Assembly (NCBI GenBank): GCA_032718475.1
Contig: JAUCBJ010000866.1
Location: 1-64,000 of the forward strand
DNA: 64,000 bases
DNA from: Nemertoderma westbladi
Lineage: Eukaryota > Animalia > Xenacoelomorpha
Direction: 5' to 3'
Part shown: positions 1-14,600 of the stretch, piece by piece
Position numbering within the stretch: the stretch's first letter is position 1
Layout of the letters: the number at the start of each line of letters is the position of its first letter
Made by a program: the position numbers and the translations under genes
The notes under the pieces: generated by a model
Databases searched by the model: none
Told to the model about the DNA's origin: nothing
The model's input: only the letters and a program-made list of their open reading frames with translations

Positions 1-545
1 AAGCGCATTGTGAAATGATCAGTCTCAGTTAATATTTTAGCTATGAGTATGAGAGATGAGTGTTCTTGGCCCTCGGCGTACGAAGAAGAGCAGTTTAAGT
101 ATAATATGGGGGGGGGGGGGGGTGTGGGGGGGTGTGGGCTGGTCGCAAATCCATGTTAAATTATCAACTAAGGGAAGGAGCAGGTTACATTGGCTCTTTA
201 TTCTTACAAAAAAATAAACGGATATAATGGAATGGGATGGAATGGGTTACGGTTTTTTTTTTTGGGAGTAATCAATGTTTTGTTTTGCGTTGATTTTACC
301 AGGGTTAAGAATGAGTTTAATTGCGGGGCGTCCCTATCTGCTATTCCTGCAAATAAATGGCTAAATTTTGCTTTCAAAATACATTGGCTATTAATTATTC
401 CTAAAAATGGCTGCCGTTATTTTAAAATTTTCGGGATGGCTGTTTATTGGCTTGCGACTCACGATTATTTGTATTTTGCATATTTTTATTATTTTAAGAA
501 GCACATCTAATATGAATAAAATTTTGCGTTTCTACCTTTTTTTAG

Positions 546-723
546 ATCTCCGCATTCTCGTTATGCTCCTATTGGACACTCTCCCCATGCTCGGCAACGT
601 GTTGCTCCTCTGCTTTCTGGTTTTCTTTATTTTCGGGATTATGGGCGTCCAATTGTGGTCGGGTCTCCTTCGCCACAGGTGTTTCTTCTCAAGCGCCTAT
701 GCAAATATATCATTCTCACCCGA
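546..723 (+). CDS. Cav3: T-type Ca2+ channel alpha-1 exon: domain I S4-S5 linker/S5
   Basis: tttag| acceptor, ga|gtaagt donor; translates [46 protein letters not shown], the diagnostic Cav3 domain I S5 sequence. Confidence 0.95.
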
Positions 724-1967
724 GTAAGTATCCCCCTACCGCAATCAATGGGACATTCAACCCGAACAACATACACTAACCAAAGTGATTTTGAATTTTT
801 TATAATGTATTCGAAAATTTAAATTCAGTTGGTCTCAGCTGGTGTTTCAGTATACAATCATAAATAGAATTTACAGTCGACCGTTTATATCTTTGGGCTT
901 GTTATATTTGTTATTGAAGGATGAAGGTAGCAGTGTGGCCTATGGATAATGTATTGATGCTGCATAAGGGTTGATGATTAATTATAATTATATTGTGACA
1001 GTTTCCCGCAATGTATGTAGCAGCGAGTCAGGAAGTGAAGACGTAACACCAGCTCGTTAATACTGTAAACTTGGAGTAGGCAAGGACATTGGTGGTTCCG
1101 ATAATGATGTACAGCCGCAGACAGTATACCACCTACACACAGCCGGCTCGATTCCCGATCGGCTCGATCCGTAGTGCAAAACTTCGCCTTAGACATGTAA
1201 ATCACAAATTAATCAGCATTATCAAGATCGGTGTCTTCAACAGACGTTTGGGAATTGTTAATCGCTATCCTGCTGCGTTTTATTTTACATTCCGATTTCT
1301 TTGAAATAAGATAATACACAATCTGCTAAGCCGCAGGTTGCGCTGGGTTTTTGTAATCTGACGCCGAAGTCTACGTGCGTGTGAGTGTTCAGTGCATTCT
1401 CGAAGATAAACCCTGTGTAACATCCTGGTGTATGTATCATCAGGGGATCTCGTGTGTCCTGCAGTGAGAATAGATGTTGCCTGTAGAATAACCTCACCTT
1501 TAGAGAAGGTTTGCTAATAACCTCAAGATAGTTTATGTAATACAGACTATGGATTACCATTGGATGTACTGACATCTTCAGTTGATCACCACATCCAAGC
1601 TCGTAGATGTAGCTTTAAATGTGTTCCACGTGCTCGTGACCAAATGTCTGAAATGTATATTTACTGTCAGAATTATATACTATGTCGTGCGACTTTACAA
1701 ACACCGACACATGCTGCGTGCTCTAGATTAACAACTACTCGGTAGTTTTTGAAAAATAATTTGGGACCTGTCCAATATTTCTGACATATAAAAACCCAGA
1801 TATTCTGCAATGCGGCGGTGTGTCAAGTCTGCTTCTACTATCTCTGGCTGGAATGTGAGAAGATGAATTTACCACCGGTTGCGCAAATTCATCTTCTTTT
1901 CGCTTTAATCGCGTTATTCATCCATAGTTATATCTGTTTTATTTAATCTTAATTATTGTTTTTGTAG

Positions 1968-2175
1968 TTTGCAATACACAATAAAGCCATATTATTCTCC
2001 TGGTATTTGGAATTACTATATCTGCACCGGCAAAACCGATGCAGGCCAACTATCCTGCGTCGGCGAGGACAGCCACATTCCGCCCTTCAGGTACAAAGAC
2101 CACTACTGCAACGACTCGCTGTTAGATCACTTTCCAACCGGACATGTGCCTACTTATTTCAATTCAACCTTGCAG
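1968..2175 (+). CDS. Cav3: Cav3 exon: domain I extracellular turret
   Basis: tgtag| acceptor, phase 2 matches previous exon; Cys-rich YYSPGIWNYYICTGKTDAGQLSC...YCN; cag|gtgggg donor. Confidence 0.85.
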
Positions 2176-2976
2176 GTGGGGAAGCATTATGTTGTTCTTT
2201 CTGTCATTTCTACTTACAAACATAGTTGTATTGCTGTACGGCTGATATTGTATGGTTTTGCATTAGCACTTCCTTAAGTATTGTCTATCGTATCCCTTGT
2301 TTGCTTGTATAAACGTGTGTGCTTGTTTGTATGTATGTATGTGTGGTCAGTGATGTCTTCTTTGCGAAGTAAAAATAGTTTTTTAATTAACCATAACATA
2401 CGAATAGTAACGTAAGAATATTCTGTTCACCTCTTCTATATTAATTGGGTTGTTGTTTTTAAAGACCAAGAACTTGGCTATCTTCTGATATTTGAATCTT
2501 CATATCAAGTTTGTTAGAACTGATTCTAGAGCATGGTAAAGCAGTGCACTTGGTGTTACACATGGGACAATCCTAATTGACATAATCGACTCGCACGTAT
2601 AAAACCAGCCATGCATATCTCTGGTTGTGTTTAGTATTTTTTCGTAAAATCTGGAACATTCCACTCCACTTCTGTCAAAAGTAGTTGGGTTTAATACCCT
2701 AAATATATACATGAAAGTCGAATACACAACATCAGCAAAGGAATATAAAATAACATTTTTAGTTTGGCGCTAATTTTAACATTTGCGTGCCAAATTCCAT
2801 ATATTGTATGGTATACATTCAGACAACTTCCTATTAAATAATATCTGCGGTTAATTAATATCTGAAGGTCTGTTATGACTGGCTACCTAGTACCTCTTCC
2901 CTATGTAAACATGATATTCTTATCAAACTATTTGATTTACACTTTATTGTGAAATGATGGGTATTTTTTCCTCTAG

Positions 2977-3189
2977 GATTCGCATTGCATTAACTGGAAT
3001 CAATACTATACGGAATGTAGAACCTCCGAAGAAAACGTTTACGGCGGCGCAATCTCATTTGATAATATACTTTTCGCTTGGGTGGCCATATTCCAAGTGA
3101 TATCTCTGGAGGGGTGGGTCGATATAATGTACTTTGTTCAAGACGCCCATTCAATGTGGGATTGGATATACTTTGTTTCTCTTATTGTC
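2977..3189 (+). CDS. Cav3: Cav3 exon: domain I pore loop (selectivity E) and start of S6
   Basis: ctctag| ... gtc|gtgagt; [60 protein letters not shown]. Confidence 0.95.
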
Positions 3190-4719
3190 GTGAGTATTTT
3201 TCTTGTTTATTTATTATCCGCAGGTGTCTGTCTCCCTTAACCTGATAATTGATAATATTCTAAGTTTGGCGTCTGTGTGGCATGGTCCTACCACATGTGT
3301 ATAGTTCTGTTATTCCTTCAATAAATATGTTATTACAACATTTTATAATAACCATTCGTTTTCAGATGTTATATATGAATATAACAACTAATTTACAAGC
3401 AAATATACAACAGAAGTAAATGACTGCTAATTTCAATTATTAACTGCCAGTGTTAATTTAAAAGCATCGAAAACTTTTTAGAAATGGTTGCTTGCCAGCC
3501 GAAATGAGTCTGCGTTGAATGAAAATGTGAGTGATTGAGTGAGTGAGTGATCAAATTCAAAACGGCTGTATCGGTTTTCCCAATTTTTTCAACACGAACA
3601 TCAGGTCTTGTAGATGGCAGCCCCTTGCAGCTAGTTATCTTGGCTCTGTTTCCCGGTATCGGGCCTCCACTATTATCCTTTTGTCACTTTGCCTCGCCTG
3701 GCAATAGTGGTGTCTGGGAGTGTGGGTGGGTTCCCACCGAGAACGGAGTTTTGGCCAACCAGCCCTGTAGTGCCTGCGCACTCTGCCCGTACTTATTGGG
3801 GCTGGGCGACCTCGGTCAAACCTTTAAGTTCTAGGACAAAGTAGCAGCTAACTACCACCTGCGTCCAATCGGTCCCACCCCCGTTTGGGCACAGACGGTA
3901 ACCTGTTGTACTGCACTATTGCCAAGTTTCAATAACGTGAAGCTGCATACGACTTTTCCATGACATTGTTCCCTTTTGACAACATTTTCTAGACTGTGTT
4001 TCTAATGAACCTTTTTTAGAGTATTTTAGCATCACGAAACGACTAAAATACTGTATTTTCTATACTATTTCGGTTACAATTTTTTGGAATGTATTATTTT
4101 TCGAGGCTATACTTTGGATCCTAACGGACCCTAAGCACCCCTCACCCGGTTTCTCTTTTTACCTCTTGCCAGAGGTTTTTCTATGGTGTTACGTAGCGTA
4201 CACTACTTTTATACCAGAAGGAAGCAATATAACATCTGGAGAAAACAGAAATCACTGTGTTTTTGTTTTGGTACTATCTATAAAGGGTTGTGGATGTCCG
4301 TAAATAACAAGTCATTGAAGGACCGTGTATTATTGCGAGCTATTTTCAAGTCAGTCTTGTCACCGAGAAACCAAACTAATAAGGCAAGTTTATGTGCACT
4401 AGGAACCTTTTTAGAGATACAAAAAGCCGTTTAGGAGCTTCATCGTGCACATAAATTTAAAAATAATATGTAAATATATTTATGTAAATATTATATAAAT
4501 AAAAATAATATGTTATTTAAAAATAACATATCCTTTACAGGTCCGGTCAATCAGAAATGTATCAGAGGGTCAGGACTATATAGGAATTAGATGTTCTGAT
4601 TGGCTAATACTGGACAGGACATAGTTTAAACTAAATTATTCTAGAACGAAATTTTTGATTATCTCGAGTAACATCCCACACCATAATATCTACACTCTGG
4701 CAGAGTAGAGATTCAGTTT

Positions 4720-5100
4720 CGCTGGGGGGTCTGGGAATGGTGTGCTTTGATTGGCAGATACCGTTGGGGGGGTCTGGCAATGGTGTGCTTTGATTGGCTA
4801 ATACCGTTGGGGGGTCTGGGAATGGTGTGCTTTGATTGGCTAATACCGTTGGGGGGTCTGGGAATGGTGTGCTTTGATTGGCAGATACCGTTGGGGGGTC
4901 TGGGAATGGTGTGCTTTGATTGGCTAATACCGTTGGGGGTCTGGGAATGGTGTGCTTTGATTGGCTAATACCGTTGGGGGGTCTGGGAATGGTGTGCTTT
5001 GATTGGCTAATACCGTTGGGGGTCTGGGAATGGTGTGCTTTGATTGGCTAATACCGCTGGGGGGTCTGGGAATGGTATGCTTTGATTGGCTAATACCGTT
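4720..5100. repeat. 42-bp minisatellite, about 9 copies
   Basis: unit ttggggggtctgggaatggtgtgctttgattggctaataccg. Confidence 0.9.
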
Positions 5101-6092
5101 AAAACTCGACCTATTTAAAAATAGGTTACATCTTCGGATCAAACCTTCCAACTGCGATGAGTAATAGAATATAAGAAGGTAATAATAATGCAGGATTGTG
5201 GGTGATACAACGAGGTAATCGGGCAATTACATTATGTTTTGCACAATGATAATTACTTTGCCCTGAATTTACCATGCTACTTTATGCGCCCTTTTGAAGA
5301 ATACTAGTCTATCTATCTTCTTTCTATCTTCTAACTTGCACAAATACTACTAATACGTTTATTGTTTAGATTCAGGCTTTCTGTAATCCAGGTCAAAATC
5401 TGGTTTACTTTTTGCCATCTCATTTCGGTTATTACAGGAACAACACTTGAACTTATTTTTTACAACATCTGAAACATTCCTTACCGACGCATCGCGGTGT
5501 GTCTAGTTTCAGAGTATGGATCTAATTATCTTGTAGTTGTGGTCATGGATTGGAATAATGTTTCATGTTTTTTAGACATGTGTTAGTTGGGTAATTGTAG
5601 CGTGTTTTGTGGTCATGTGTTGCGTTTGAATAATGATATGTTTTGTAGTTGGGCTTAGGTTTAGGTTATCTGTAAGGGTAAAACAATTATTCAATTGTAT
5701 CGTCAAAAAGTTGTCAATATTATTCAGAAAATATGGAATAATATGTTTTCTTTGATTTTGTAATACAAAATATTTTTATATTTTTATGTAATCACTTGTA
5801 TTTCCTTATATTGACAACGACAAGTATTATTATTACTCGACCTATATTTCGGCGATGCGTGTAGACATTGATATTAATTTCAATTGAAGTTTTCATTTAT
5901 GTGATAGCTAGTACCATCCATATAATTGATAACCCAACTAGATACAACATTATTGTTGAATCTTTCGCCAATAAAATTTATTAATGATGTTATGCTCCTG
6001 GTACCTATTTTTCCCCCATTTTCTGGAAGCTTTGAGTCACCGTTGTTACGACGCAGGTGCACGGTGCACAATAGTTGGTGGATTAATGTGTT

Positions 6093-6401
6093 TGGAAGAA
6101 ACTGACACTCGGACTACCTCTGGGACCAAAACTCCGCAGCGTGTGGGGGAAAAGCTTATGGGTTTCCTTCGGGTATGCTTGGATCGTTCCAACCTTCCAG
6201 AGTGTTGAATATAATGCGGCTCTATACTCCCCATCCCAAGCCGATCCATAGTCATCCCATATATATATATAGTTATAAGCGGGCTTCCCAGTTCCTCCAT
6301 TATAAGCCCCCCTTCCAGCACAATCTCCTTATCCCCGAGCCTTGACCGTAATTACCATACCTTTAGCTCCTAGGGTGGCCTGGGCTTATCTTACTACTAC
6401 A
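6093..6401 (-). mobile_element. Possible solo LTR
   Basis: TG...CA ends (minus strand starts TGTAGTAG), internal TATA run, flanks gtgtt/gtgta as an imperfect 5-bp TSD; weak. Confidence 0.25.
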
Positions 6402-7249
6402 GTGTAGATACTGACATCGTTTTTCCTTACCTGCCTGATACGTCGCAGCCTTGGTAACTAACTAAACGGGTTGTTCACTCGCCTGTATGTGTGCGCGTGT
6501 ATACCAGCTATAAAATTGAATTAACATGTGACTGACTATCAGTTGCTTTCATGCCTACCCGAGATGATTACCACATAGAAACTTTCGCATGTGGATTACG
6601 GATGAGGGACTTATTTTACGCGGCGGTTAAACTTTTATAAATCCTTTTTCTTGTATTGTTTCAGCTCTGCAACCGTAAATGATCATAAAACCTGCGCCCT
6701 ACCGCTCGGTGATTTCGTATATCAAACCAATCCAGAATTATATTAAATACTAAATAATATTATATTATATACACTATAGACCACCTGTACTAATATATAA
6801 TCACCTCGATTGAGTGAGTGCTGAGAGGTTTGCGAATTCATCTCCGCAGTTAATCTAAAGGGCTTTGGATCAGGTAACAGTTAGCGGACTCCCACGATGG
6901 ATTGTGCCTGAGTTGTCATATATATATATATAATTTATTGACCTTTACCGAAAATATACAAACCACACTAATTTGAGAAAGTTTGCATGACTCTGTGAAA
7001 GTCCAAATATAACCAAAAGCCTGTTAACCAAAGTAAGATAAACAAAACATAAACACAAACAGTACCGATTTAAACATTAAAGGGGTGATCAGAATCAAAT
7101 TATACATCAATAAAAAATATTCAATCGAAGGATAGTAGGTTTGGTGACCTTGTAGGAGTCTAAATTCCAATATAAACAAACAATAAAAAAGAAAAGGGGA
7201 AAATTATCTAATTTGACTCAAATCGGTTCAGTAACAAGAATATAAAACT

Positions 7250-9320
7250 TATAAGTCGTCCCTGCTCCGTGGCCGCCATAAGCTCTAGTAACAGAGCTAT
7301 AAGTCTGGAGTCTATAGGTCTAAGGGTCGATCAATTAACGGACAAACGCACAACAGGTGTTCTTCAGTCTGAACACTTTCATATTCGCAGAACCGTTCAT
7401 CCTTAGGGACTCTGTGCCAGCGACCAAACTCCACTGGTAGATTGGTGGAACCGAGGCGTAGATGAGACCATTCCAGTGATGTTCGTAGACAGATCGCCTG
7501 TCCCTATAAACTTGAGGAGAAATTAGGTCGGGGTTATATCTAACATATAAATCAGAAAACAGACAGAACAAACAAAAGAAAACATTAAACTTATTAACAT
7601 GTTTAAGTTTCTCAACTGAGTGTGCATATATTGAAGCATTCAATCCTCCAATCTGAACGATAGGTGAACCCAAGTAATTGTGAGCAGTTCCTAATTAAAA
7701 CAGGCTCTACTGAATATTTATTACAGTGGAGAATCAATGGTTCAAAATTATCAACAGTCTGTTGACCAAAAACTATAAACTTCGTCTTTGGAGTGTTTAA
7801 AAGTATTTCGTTTAATGCACAAAATTCTAGAACACAAGTAATTTCTTTAAACATTCTGTGCGTGATGTCGCTAGGATAGCCGAGTCATCCATTAGTAACA
7901 ATATCCATGTGGAGCCACTTTAGGAATTTATCGGGAGTGAATTTAGCTAATAACACTATCGAAGGGTTGATAGACATTGTATAGAAATAACAACTACTCG
8001 GCCCCCCCTGAAGAACCCCAACATTAGATTTTATTGAAAAAGTATGTAGTAAACTAATTGATGCAGAATATAAATTTTGGACAGCATTTAACATTACTGG
8101 GCCACAACCCATTTATTTAAATAGCATAAATAATTTACGCTGAGGAACTCGGTCATATGTATAAAAACCAAAAACAGGGTTTCCTTGCTTGCCGTTGCAT
8201 AATCAATGAGGAGCCGCAGTGTTAATATTTGTTCCTCACAACCCCTTTTCGGAGTTGCACCCGTCTGCTCGCACGTAAACGATTAGAAAGAATCATATCA
8301 TAGAGCTGGATGCAATAAAAATTCATCCCTCTCCAGGGGAAATTTGACGCAAATAACAGCTGATTACTCTCAAAAATAAAAATGTTTCCTGTTCTATTGT
8401 GCTTAGTTTATTGTTTTGGTTAAAATAACGTGCCACTGTAACCTGCTCCTTTCCCTAAATTGAGAATTTAACATTGAGGCCGGTCCAGTTCCGGTTGTAA
8501 TTATTTTGGAGGTTTTGTCATTTATTTTGGTGCTAATAATTGGTTTTGGAGAGCATTCATTTATTTTGGTATTGAATAATTGGTTTTGGTGTTGAATAAT
8601 TGTTTTTGGTGTTTGAATAATTTTATTTGGGGTGACTTTATTTTATTTGGTGTAAAATAATTTTTTGGTGAAATTTTCATCAATTTTGGGATGACTTTAA
8701 TTAGGAGCCTAAAAGAACCTCTTTTTGTCGAAAAGTAAGTGCACCTTGATAAACTGCAGTATCAGTGCACAAATAACTAACATTTATAATATTTGTATCC
8801 TTACACATTTGCAATAGTAGCTCACCAAACTTGTTCAGTAGAATCTTCCAGTTGTCTGTACCAATAGTCGCTACAGTTAAATTGCTTCACAGTATTTTCC
8901 ATACGAGCATTAAGATTGCCAAATATAATAAAATTCGAGTAGTCAGTCAGATGAGTTTACCTTGGATGTCAGCCCACAATGGTTCAGAAGAGTACCTTGA
9001 ATCAACTGGTGCAAATGTAGACACAACACAGTCTTACCCTGGGGTTAAAAGAAAAGTGAAACCAAACAATGTCATGTGAAATTGAGTCAATAATCACACA
9101 GTTTACCAAGTTATGTCTGATTAAAACTGCAACGCCACCTCGGTGACTTTGTTTTGAGTTTTGTTTTGAGTTTGACCTCCTAAAATAAGTATAACCTGGG
9201 AAACTGAATGCATACCTACTCGATACGACTACTCGTTCCTTCGGCTTGTACAACACACTCACTCCCTGATTCTCAGGCCGAGTTTTCTCTAAGTACCAAA
9301 CCGATCTGAGCCGGTTCACC
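7250..9320 (-). mobile_element. Decayed non-LTR retrotransposon (APE endonuclease and RT fragments)
   Basis: broken minus-strand ORFs with HRGGVAVLIR/CCVYI (APE-like) and VGVLQGGPSS, LNTPKTKFIVF (RT-like); boundaries approximate. Confidence 0.65.
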
Positions 9321-11822
9321 TCTTTACGGATAGCAGGGTGTATGTATGTATGTATGGGTGTATGTCTGGTTTTACAAAGACGTTCTTGTAATCATCCAAA
9401 TCTTTAAGCTTCTTGAAGCATCCAAAATATGAAACCGGTTTGGTGCTTGCGGCCCCAGCGCTATCAAAATTGGTCTCGGTGTCTTGTGCTCAGCTGATGT
9501 GGTTCCAATTTGTCCCAGATCATTGTATGATTGTTAGATACTGCAGAGGTAACATAGCAGGTTTTCTACGAACAACCATAGCAATGAGGCCATGTACTTC
9601 GCTTAGGCTCGCCGCTGACTTGACCCACTGCGGTAGTCATGGCAAACAATCGTATCTCCGGCACCTCAACAGCCAACATGGTGGTCTCCGAGAGACACGG
9701 GGAGTATGTTGAGATATAAGTAACAGACATGCATTCAGTAATACAGAGTAAATGAATTAAAAATCAACAGAGATTGATCTCCCCCATACTCTCACATATA
9801 GGTGATGCGATGGAGCCAGTTATCAGATTTCGAGCTGGAATGAAGAAACTTTACATTAGGGTTTTAGAAATCGACCGTTTGTATGTGTGTCAGGTGTCAT
9901 GAGAAGATTACAATATAAGGATAACAATAATTAAATGCAACAGCTTTCGTTAGGTGGCTAGACATTGACATGGTGGACATCACGGTTTACTAGTCAGTAG
10001 TCAGACACATGAAGGCATGTTTGTTTGTCAATATGCCAGACGTACTTTTTTAAATTGGCAGTGTTATGTAACGTAAGCCACCGTCTGCAAGACAGGTGCA
10101 TGGTCAACTTAACTGTCAGATTTTGACATTATCTTGATTGCATTGCACGCTGTAATCCAAGGTGGTCCATCTACCAAGCTGAGTAGTAGAGGTAGTTGGC
10201 CTTCTGATTTTTGTATGAAGAGTTTAACACTGATTCACAATGAAATTTTCGACTCCTTAATGAAAATGGTTGGCGCCCTGAATGCTAATTTTAGCGTCAA
10301 CAGTCACTCAGCTACTTCACATGGTGGATTACCTGAACAGCTGGTGATTTCTCCCACATCACAATAGCACGACGTTTTTGTAAACGATTTCATAAACACA
10401 TAACAACAATTATAACTGCCGCATGAACTAAATTGAAGGTTGCAGAGTTTGACGCTACTAGCTAATTTATCGTAACCCATTATTTTTATCAAAAAATTTA
10501 GATTTCAAAATTATAGTACAGTATATCTATATTTATCGTCTATTGCCCTTCTGAATAATGCAATCATAAAACTGATTAATTTTGAACTTAAATCATCTGC
10601 ATATCATATTTTTCTTGGAATAATTGGCTGCTATTGTATTAATCTCCTTATCTTGGTTGAATTACCATCGAGGATTGCATCTCCCTTAAAGTAATTTTCG
10701 ATTTTTTTATTAGCTGTCAAGGCCCACAACAATTATTGGTAACATTTACTCAGCTGATTCCTTATATGTAAGGCCCGGAATACCTCAGGATGTCACTTTC
10801 TTATCTTCATTAAGGCGGGAATTTCTCGCTACCCTGGGCCAATGGCAAAGGGCCCGCACTTCCTAAATGGGATTCAAGATTAATGAAGTAATTCTCGTTT
10901 TGAGGTGCACTGATTTCTGTTCATCTGGTTGTCGTCCCGGTGTAGTGAGTGCCTCTACGATCCATCTGGTTGTCGTCCCGGTGTAGTGAGTGCCTCTACA
11001 ACCCATCCCCCGAGGGCTGACCGCGTGCTCCCACGTTCCAATCAACCGAATCGTCAATTTTAATTGTATTTTCTGCTCAGCAATTTCCCGCGGTTTTCCC
11101 GTGTCAATGATGGACTTTAATATAACATGAACGTGTTTTTCCATCTTCGTTGGATCTTGAAGTGACACTTATATACTACCCTTCATATTAATGTCATCCT
11201 AAATGGCTTCTGTAATAATTTTCAATTTAATATGATGAAAATATGTTTTATATAATCTGATTTTTTTTTATAGAAATTTGATATTTTTTACGAATATTCG
11301 TTTTTCTTTATTCTGTTGATTGAATCTAAAATCTATAATTATGGCTTATTTTTTAATAAATTGTTACTCATCAATAGCAAATCAAAAGGCATCTGGCACT
11401 GTGTTCAACATTATTCAACGTCAACACACCTCACACCCAGGCTTTCATGTCCACCTGGGTATAGAAGCGCTAGCAATCAAAAAGTTCTGTTAATTTTTAT
11501 TATTCAATTGTACGAAATACTCTCTTTCTTTTAACAAAATGGTTCTTTTTTCGATTAAAATTACATACAAAATAACTTCTTGTATTTTTTAAGATTACAG
11601 TTGTTGTTATCGCCCCACCGCCTATTAAAAAAAAAACGCCTCGCGGGGTAATCTTATTTTGTGTTTTATGTTCTTAAGTGGTCGATGATAAGACCTTAAC
11701 CATTTTAAGTTAGTTATGTTAAAACTTTTATACTTGCAGTATCTTAGCAATTAGGAATTACTTAATCATCTTTGTGATGTGATTATAATTTTTCCATCGT
11801 CGTATTTTTGTTCCCTTCTTAG

Positions 11823-12534
11823 ATTGGTGCCTTTTTCATGCTAAATCTTTGCCTAGTTGTCATCGCGACACAGTTCTCCGAGACAAAACAAAGGGAATCC
11901 GAACTGATAATGAAACAGCGACGGAAGAATCGCCGCTCGTCGTCCACGTTGAACAGTATAGACAGCGCGTACGGTGGTTGCTACGACGAGATTCTCCAGT
12001 ACATCGGCCATCTCCTCCGGAAATCCAAACGGGTCGCGACTCGCGTGTTCAAAAGATACTTCCACAAGAAGAAACAAAAGGTATTACCGAGTTTAGCTTT
12101 AGGACCACGGAAACGCACTCGGGACACTGCCACCGACGCTCCCGAGACGTCGTTGCTAAGCCGGGGGGCGAGCCTGCGAGTCCGCTCGGACTATCTGATG
12201 CCGCCGGACAGTCCGTTGCCGCCGTGCGCCTCCCCGGAGGTCTCGGACGTCGGGTCCAGTCCCCGGCGGCGGCCCTCGTACCACGGCGCCACCGCGCGGA
12301 CACCGATCCTCGGGAATTCTCTTCCGGTTCCTCCCGGAAGCGACCGGTTAATATTCCGGTCCGAGGACACGCTGTACTGTCAGTTAGCGCCCCCTACCGG
12401 CATACACCGCGCCGCGAGTTGTAACACCGCGGCTCAGATCAATCAGCAACGTATCAACAACATTCTAGCGGCTTCTTCTCTATTTGGTAGTATCCAAGGA
12501 GACAGTAACCATAGCTCCTACGCAGCTCTCAATG
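11823..12534 (+). CDS. Cav3: Cav3 exon: domain I S6, gating brake and I-II linker
   Basis: ttag| IGAFFMLNLCLVVIATQFSETKQRE; gating brake GGCYDEILQYIGHLLRKSKR; APRASPE-like PPCASPEVSD; aatg|gttagc donor. Confidence 0.93.
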
Positions 12535-13233
12535 GTTAGCTCTCTATATATTCACTCTATTATATTTACATAAATTTATTTTTAAACGTAAAAATAAATA
12601 AAGTTAAAAATAAAAAAAAGTTAATAAATAAATATAGAGTTATTTCCTTCACAGTATGGAAATAGTGGTTTTTAACAATCCATCACGAATCTGTCTGTCT
12701 TTGAATCCACTGTTGTAATGATATAAATAATAAATTTGATTGGGAAGCATTGGAATTTGTTGTTTGGGTAGGTTTCTATGGTTTCTGGTGTGACGTGTGA
12801 ATATATCGCATTTACCATTACAATTTAGAAATCTTTAGAAAATGTGTTTTATTACATTAACATTTTATGTTTGATTTAAAAATAGTTATAACAAAAAATT
12901 ACAGCAGCTAAAATTACAACAAGTTCTGATTTTTGGAAATTGTGTTGAACAAATCCTATTCTATTTTTATTCAGCTATCATTTGGCACCTAAAATATCAA
13001 CAATTTGTAAGCATTAAATAAAATTAACCAAGAGTTTAATATGCAGTTTTGCTCAGAGTCACATTCATACTTAGTGCAAAAACTATATCACTCGGTTGTG
13101 TAAAATAAAACTTTACTTTGTGCTGTTTCTAACAAATATTAACACTAAGAAATAGTTAGGAATCGGCAAGTTTTAGCATATTTTAATACCCAAATAATAA
13201 TACATTTGATATTGATATATTTATTACCTTCAG

Positions 13234-13415
13234 TTCTTCCTTACGATATACCTGCTCGACGCAGTAGACTGGCATCCGCTCCTACCATCACCCAAGTGCC
13301 CCCACCTCCTCCCAACGTCGCCATATTGGGGGCCAGTGACGAGGAAGACGTTTGGTTAGAGGAGGACGTAGACGAGGGAGATGACGGGGAAATCCGGAGG
13401 AAACTCAGCAAACTG
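13234..13415 (+). CDS. Cav3: Cav3 exon: distal I-II linker (acidic)
   Basis: ttcag| phase 1, open frame (V)LPYDIPARRSRLAS...RRKLSKL, ctg|gtgagc donor; phase-compatible with both neighbours. Confidence 0.8.
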
Positions 13416-14382
13416 GTGAGCCACAATCCTAGTTATGTTATGTCTTATGATAAGAGTGTTAAATATCATGAAAGTCTATTAAATATAATAGTCTTTGTGA
13501 AAAGACCGTAAAATACCTGGTCTTCGAAGGAAGACCGTAAAATACTGTTTTAGCCTTTCTCGCTTCACTAGGAAACTTTTGGCTCTTGCAAACACTTCGA
13601 CTTTGTTACTGCCTAAAATGTGGGTGGACACATTACGGTAAGTACCAAGGGCGGTAACTAGTGAACTGAAACTGTCTGGCACCTTTTAAAATACCATTTT
13701 GAAGCTGGTTGAGATGGGCAAAACAATAAATTAATTATCACCTCTTTTCGTGTGAGGTTTTTACTGTAAACTGCTTCCCGTTGGTCCTGTGTTTTTTTGG
13801 GTGAATTTCTTTGTTAAGGGTCCATAGTTCAAGGAGAATCTCTTTGTAGTGACTTTATCGCACGAGTAATGTTAACTGTTGAATTACTCTTCCAATTGAA
13901 TATTGACTTTACTATAGCCGTGGTATGAATAATACAGATTTCGGTGGAATTATTTGTCACGGCTAATAATTGTACTGTAAACTTCCTATATTATTTGAAT
14001 CTTGGAGAAGTGAGTATCGATTTAATTTGAATCCTACGAAGGGAAGGCTCCAAAACCAGAACTCGACTACAAGTACCTCGGTGTTGTTTTTACTACCAAT
14101 GTCAGACCAACGGGACTCTACAACTATCTACCTACATAAAGTAGATAGTTCTAAGTAGAAGTAGATAGCGTCGCTGCCTGCATGAGATTCTGGCTTCTAA
14201 AGTCAATGTCATTCTGATCTCCATGCAAACCCCCTCCCGACTATGGCGGCTAATTTCAATATCTACTTTGAAGTTATCAAGTGGCAAATTACTTTACCAG
14301 TAAAGCAGCAAAATGTCCCCGGAGCCGGACCTCCGAAATATTCCCAAATATTATTCCCCCCACTACGACCTACGGCATATTA

Positions 14383-14600
14383 ACGCCGTGAGGACCAGCC
14401 TATGCTCAATCTATTGCTTTGGCAACCCCATGGAGAAAATATGCATGGTGGTCAACCCATAATTTTCTTAAAACGCTTCTTAAAGGACACTGGCCTTGAA
14501 GATGCGGATAATCTCGCGAAAGTTATGGGGGATGCGGAGTTGTTGTGGCGCAATTTTGTCGAAAAGCCGGCACAGCATTCTTAATGCACGCTGAATTGTA
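14383..14600 (+). mobile_element. 3' fragment of RTE-like LINE
   Basis: LWQPHG..HGGQP..FL.R.LKDTGLEDAD.LA.VMGD..KPAQHS*, homologous to the 3' ends at 46.9 and 59.7 kb. Confidence 0.85.

Noticed and set aside
190-510. 106-aa hydrophobic ORF
   Set aside because: AT-rich intron sequence, non-ATG start and no recognisable motif
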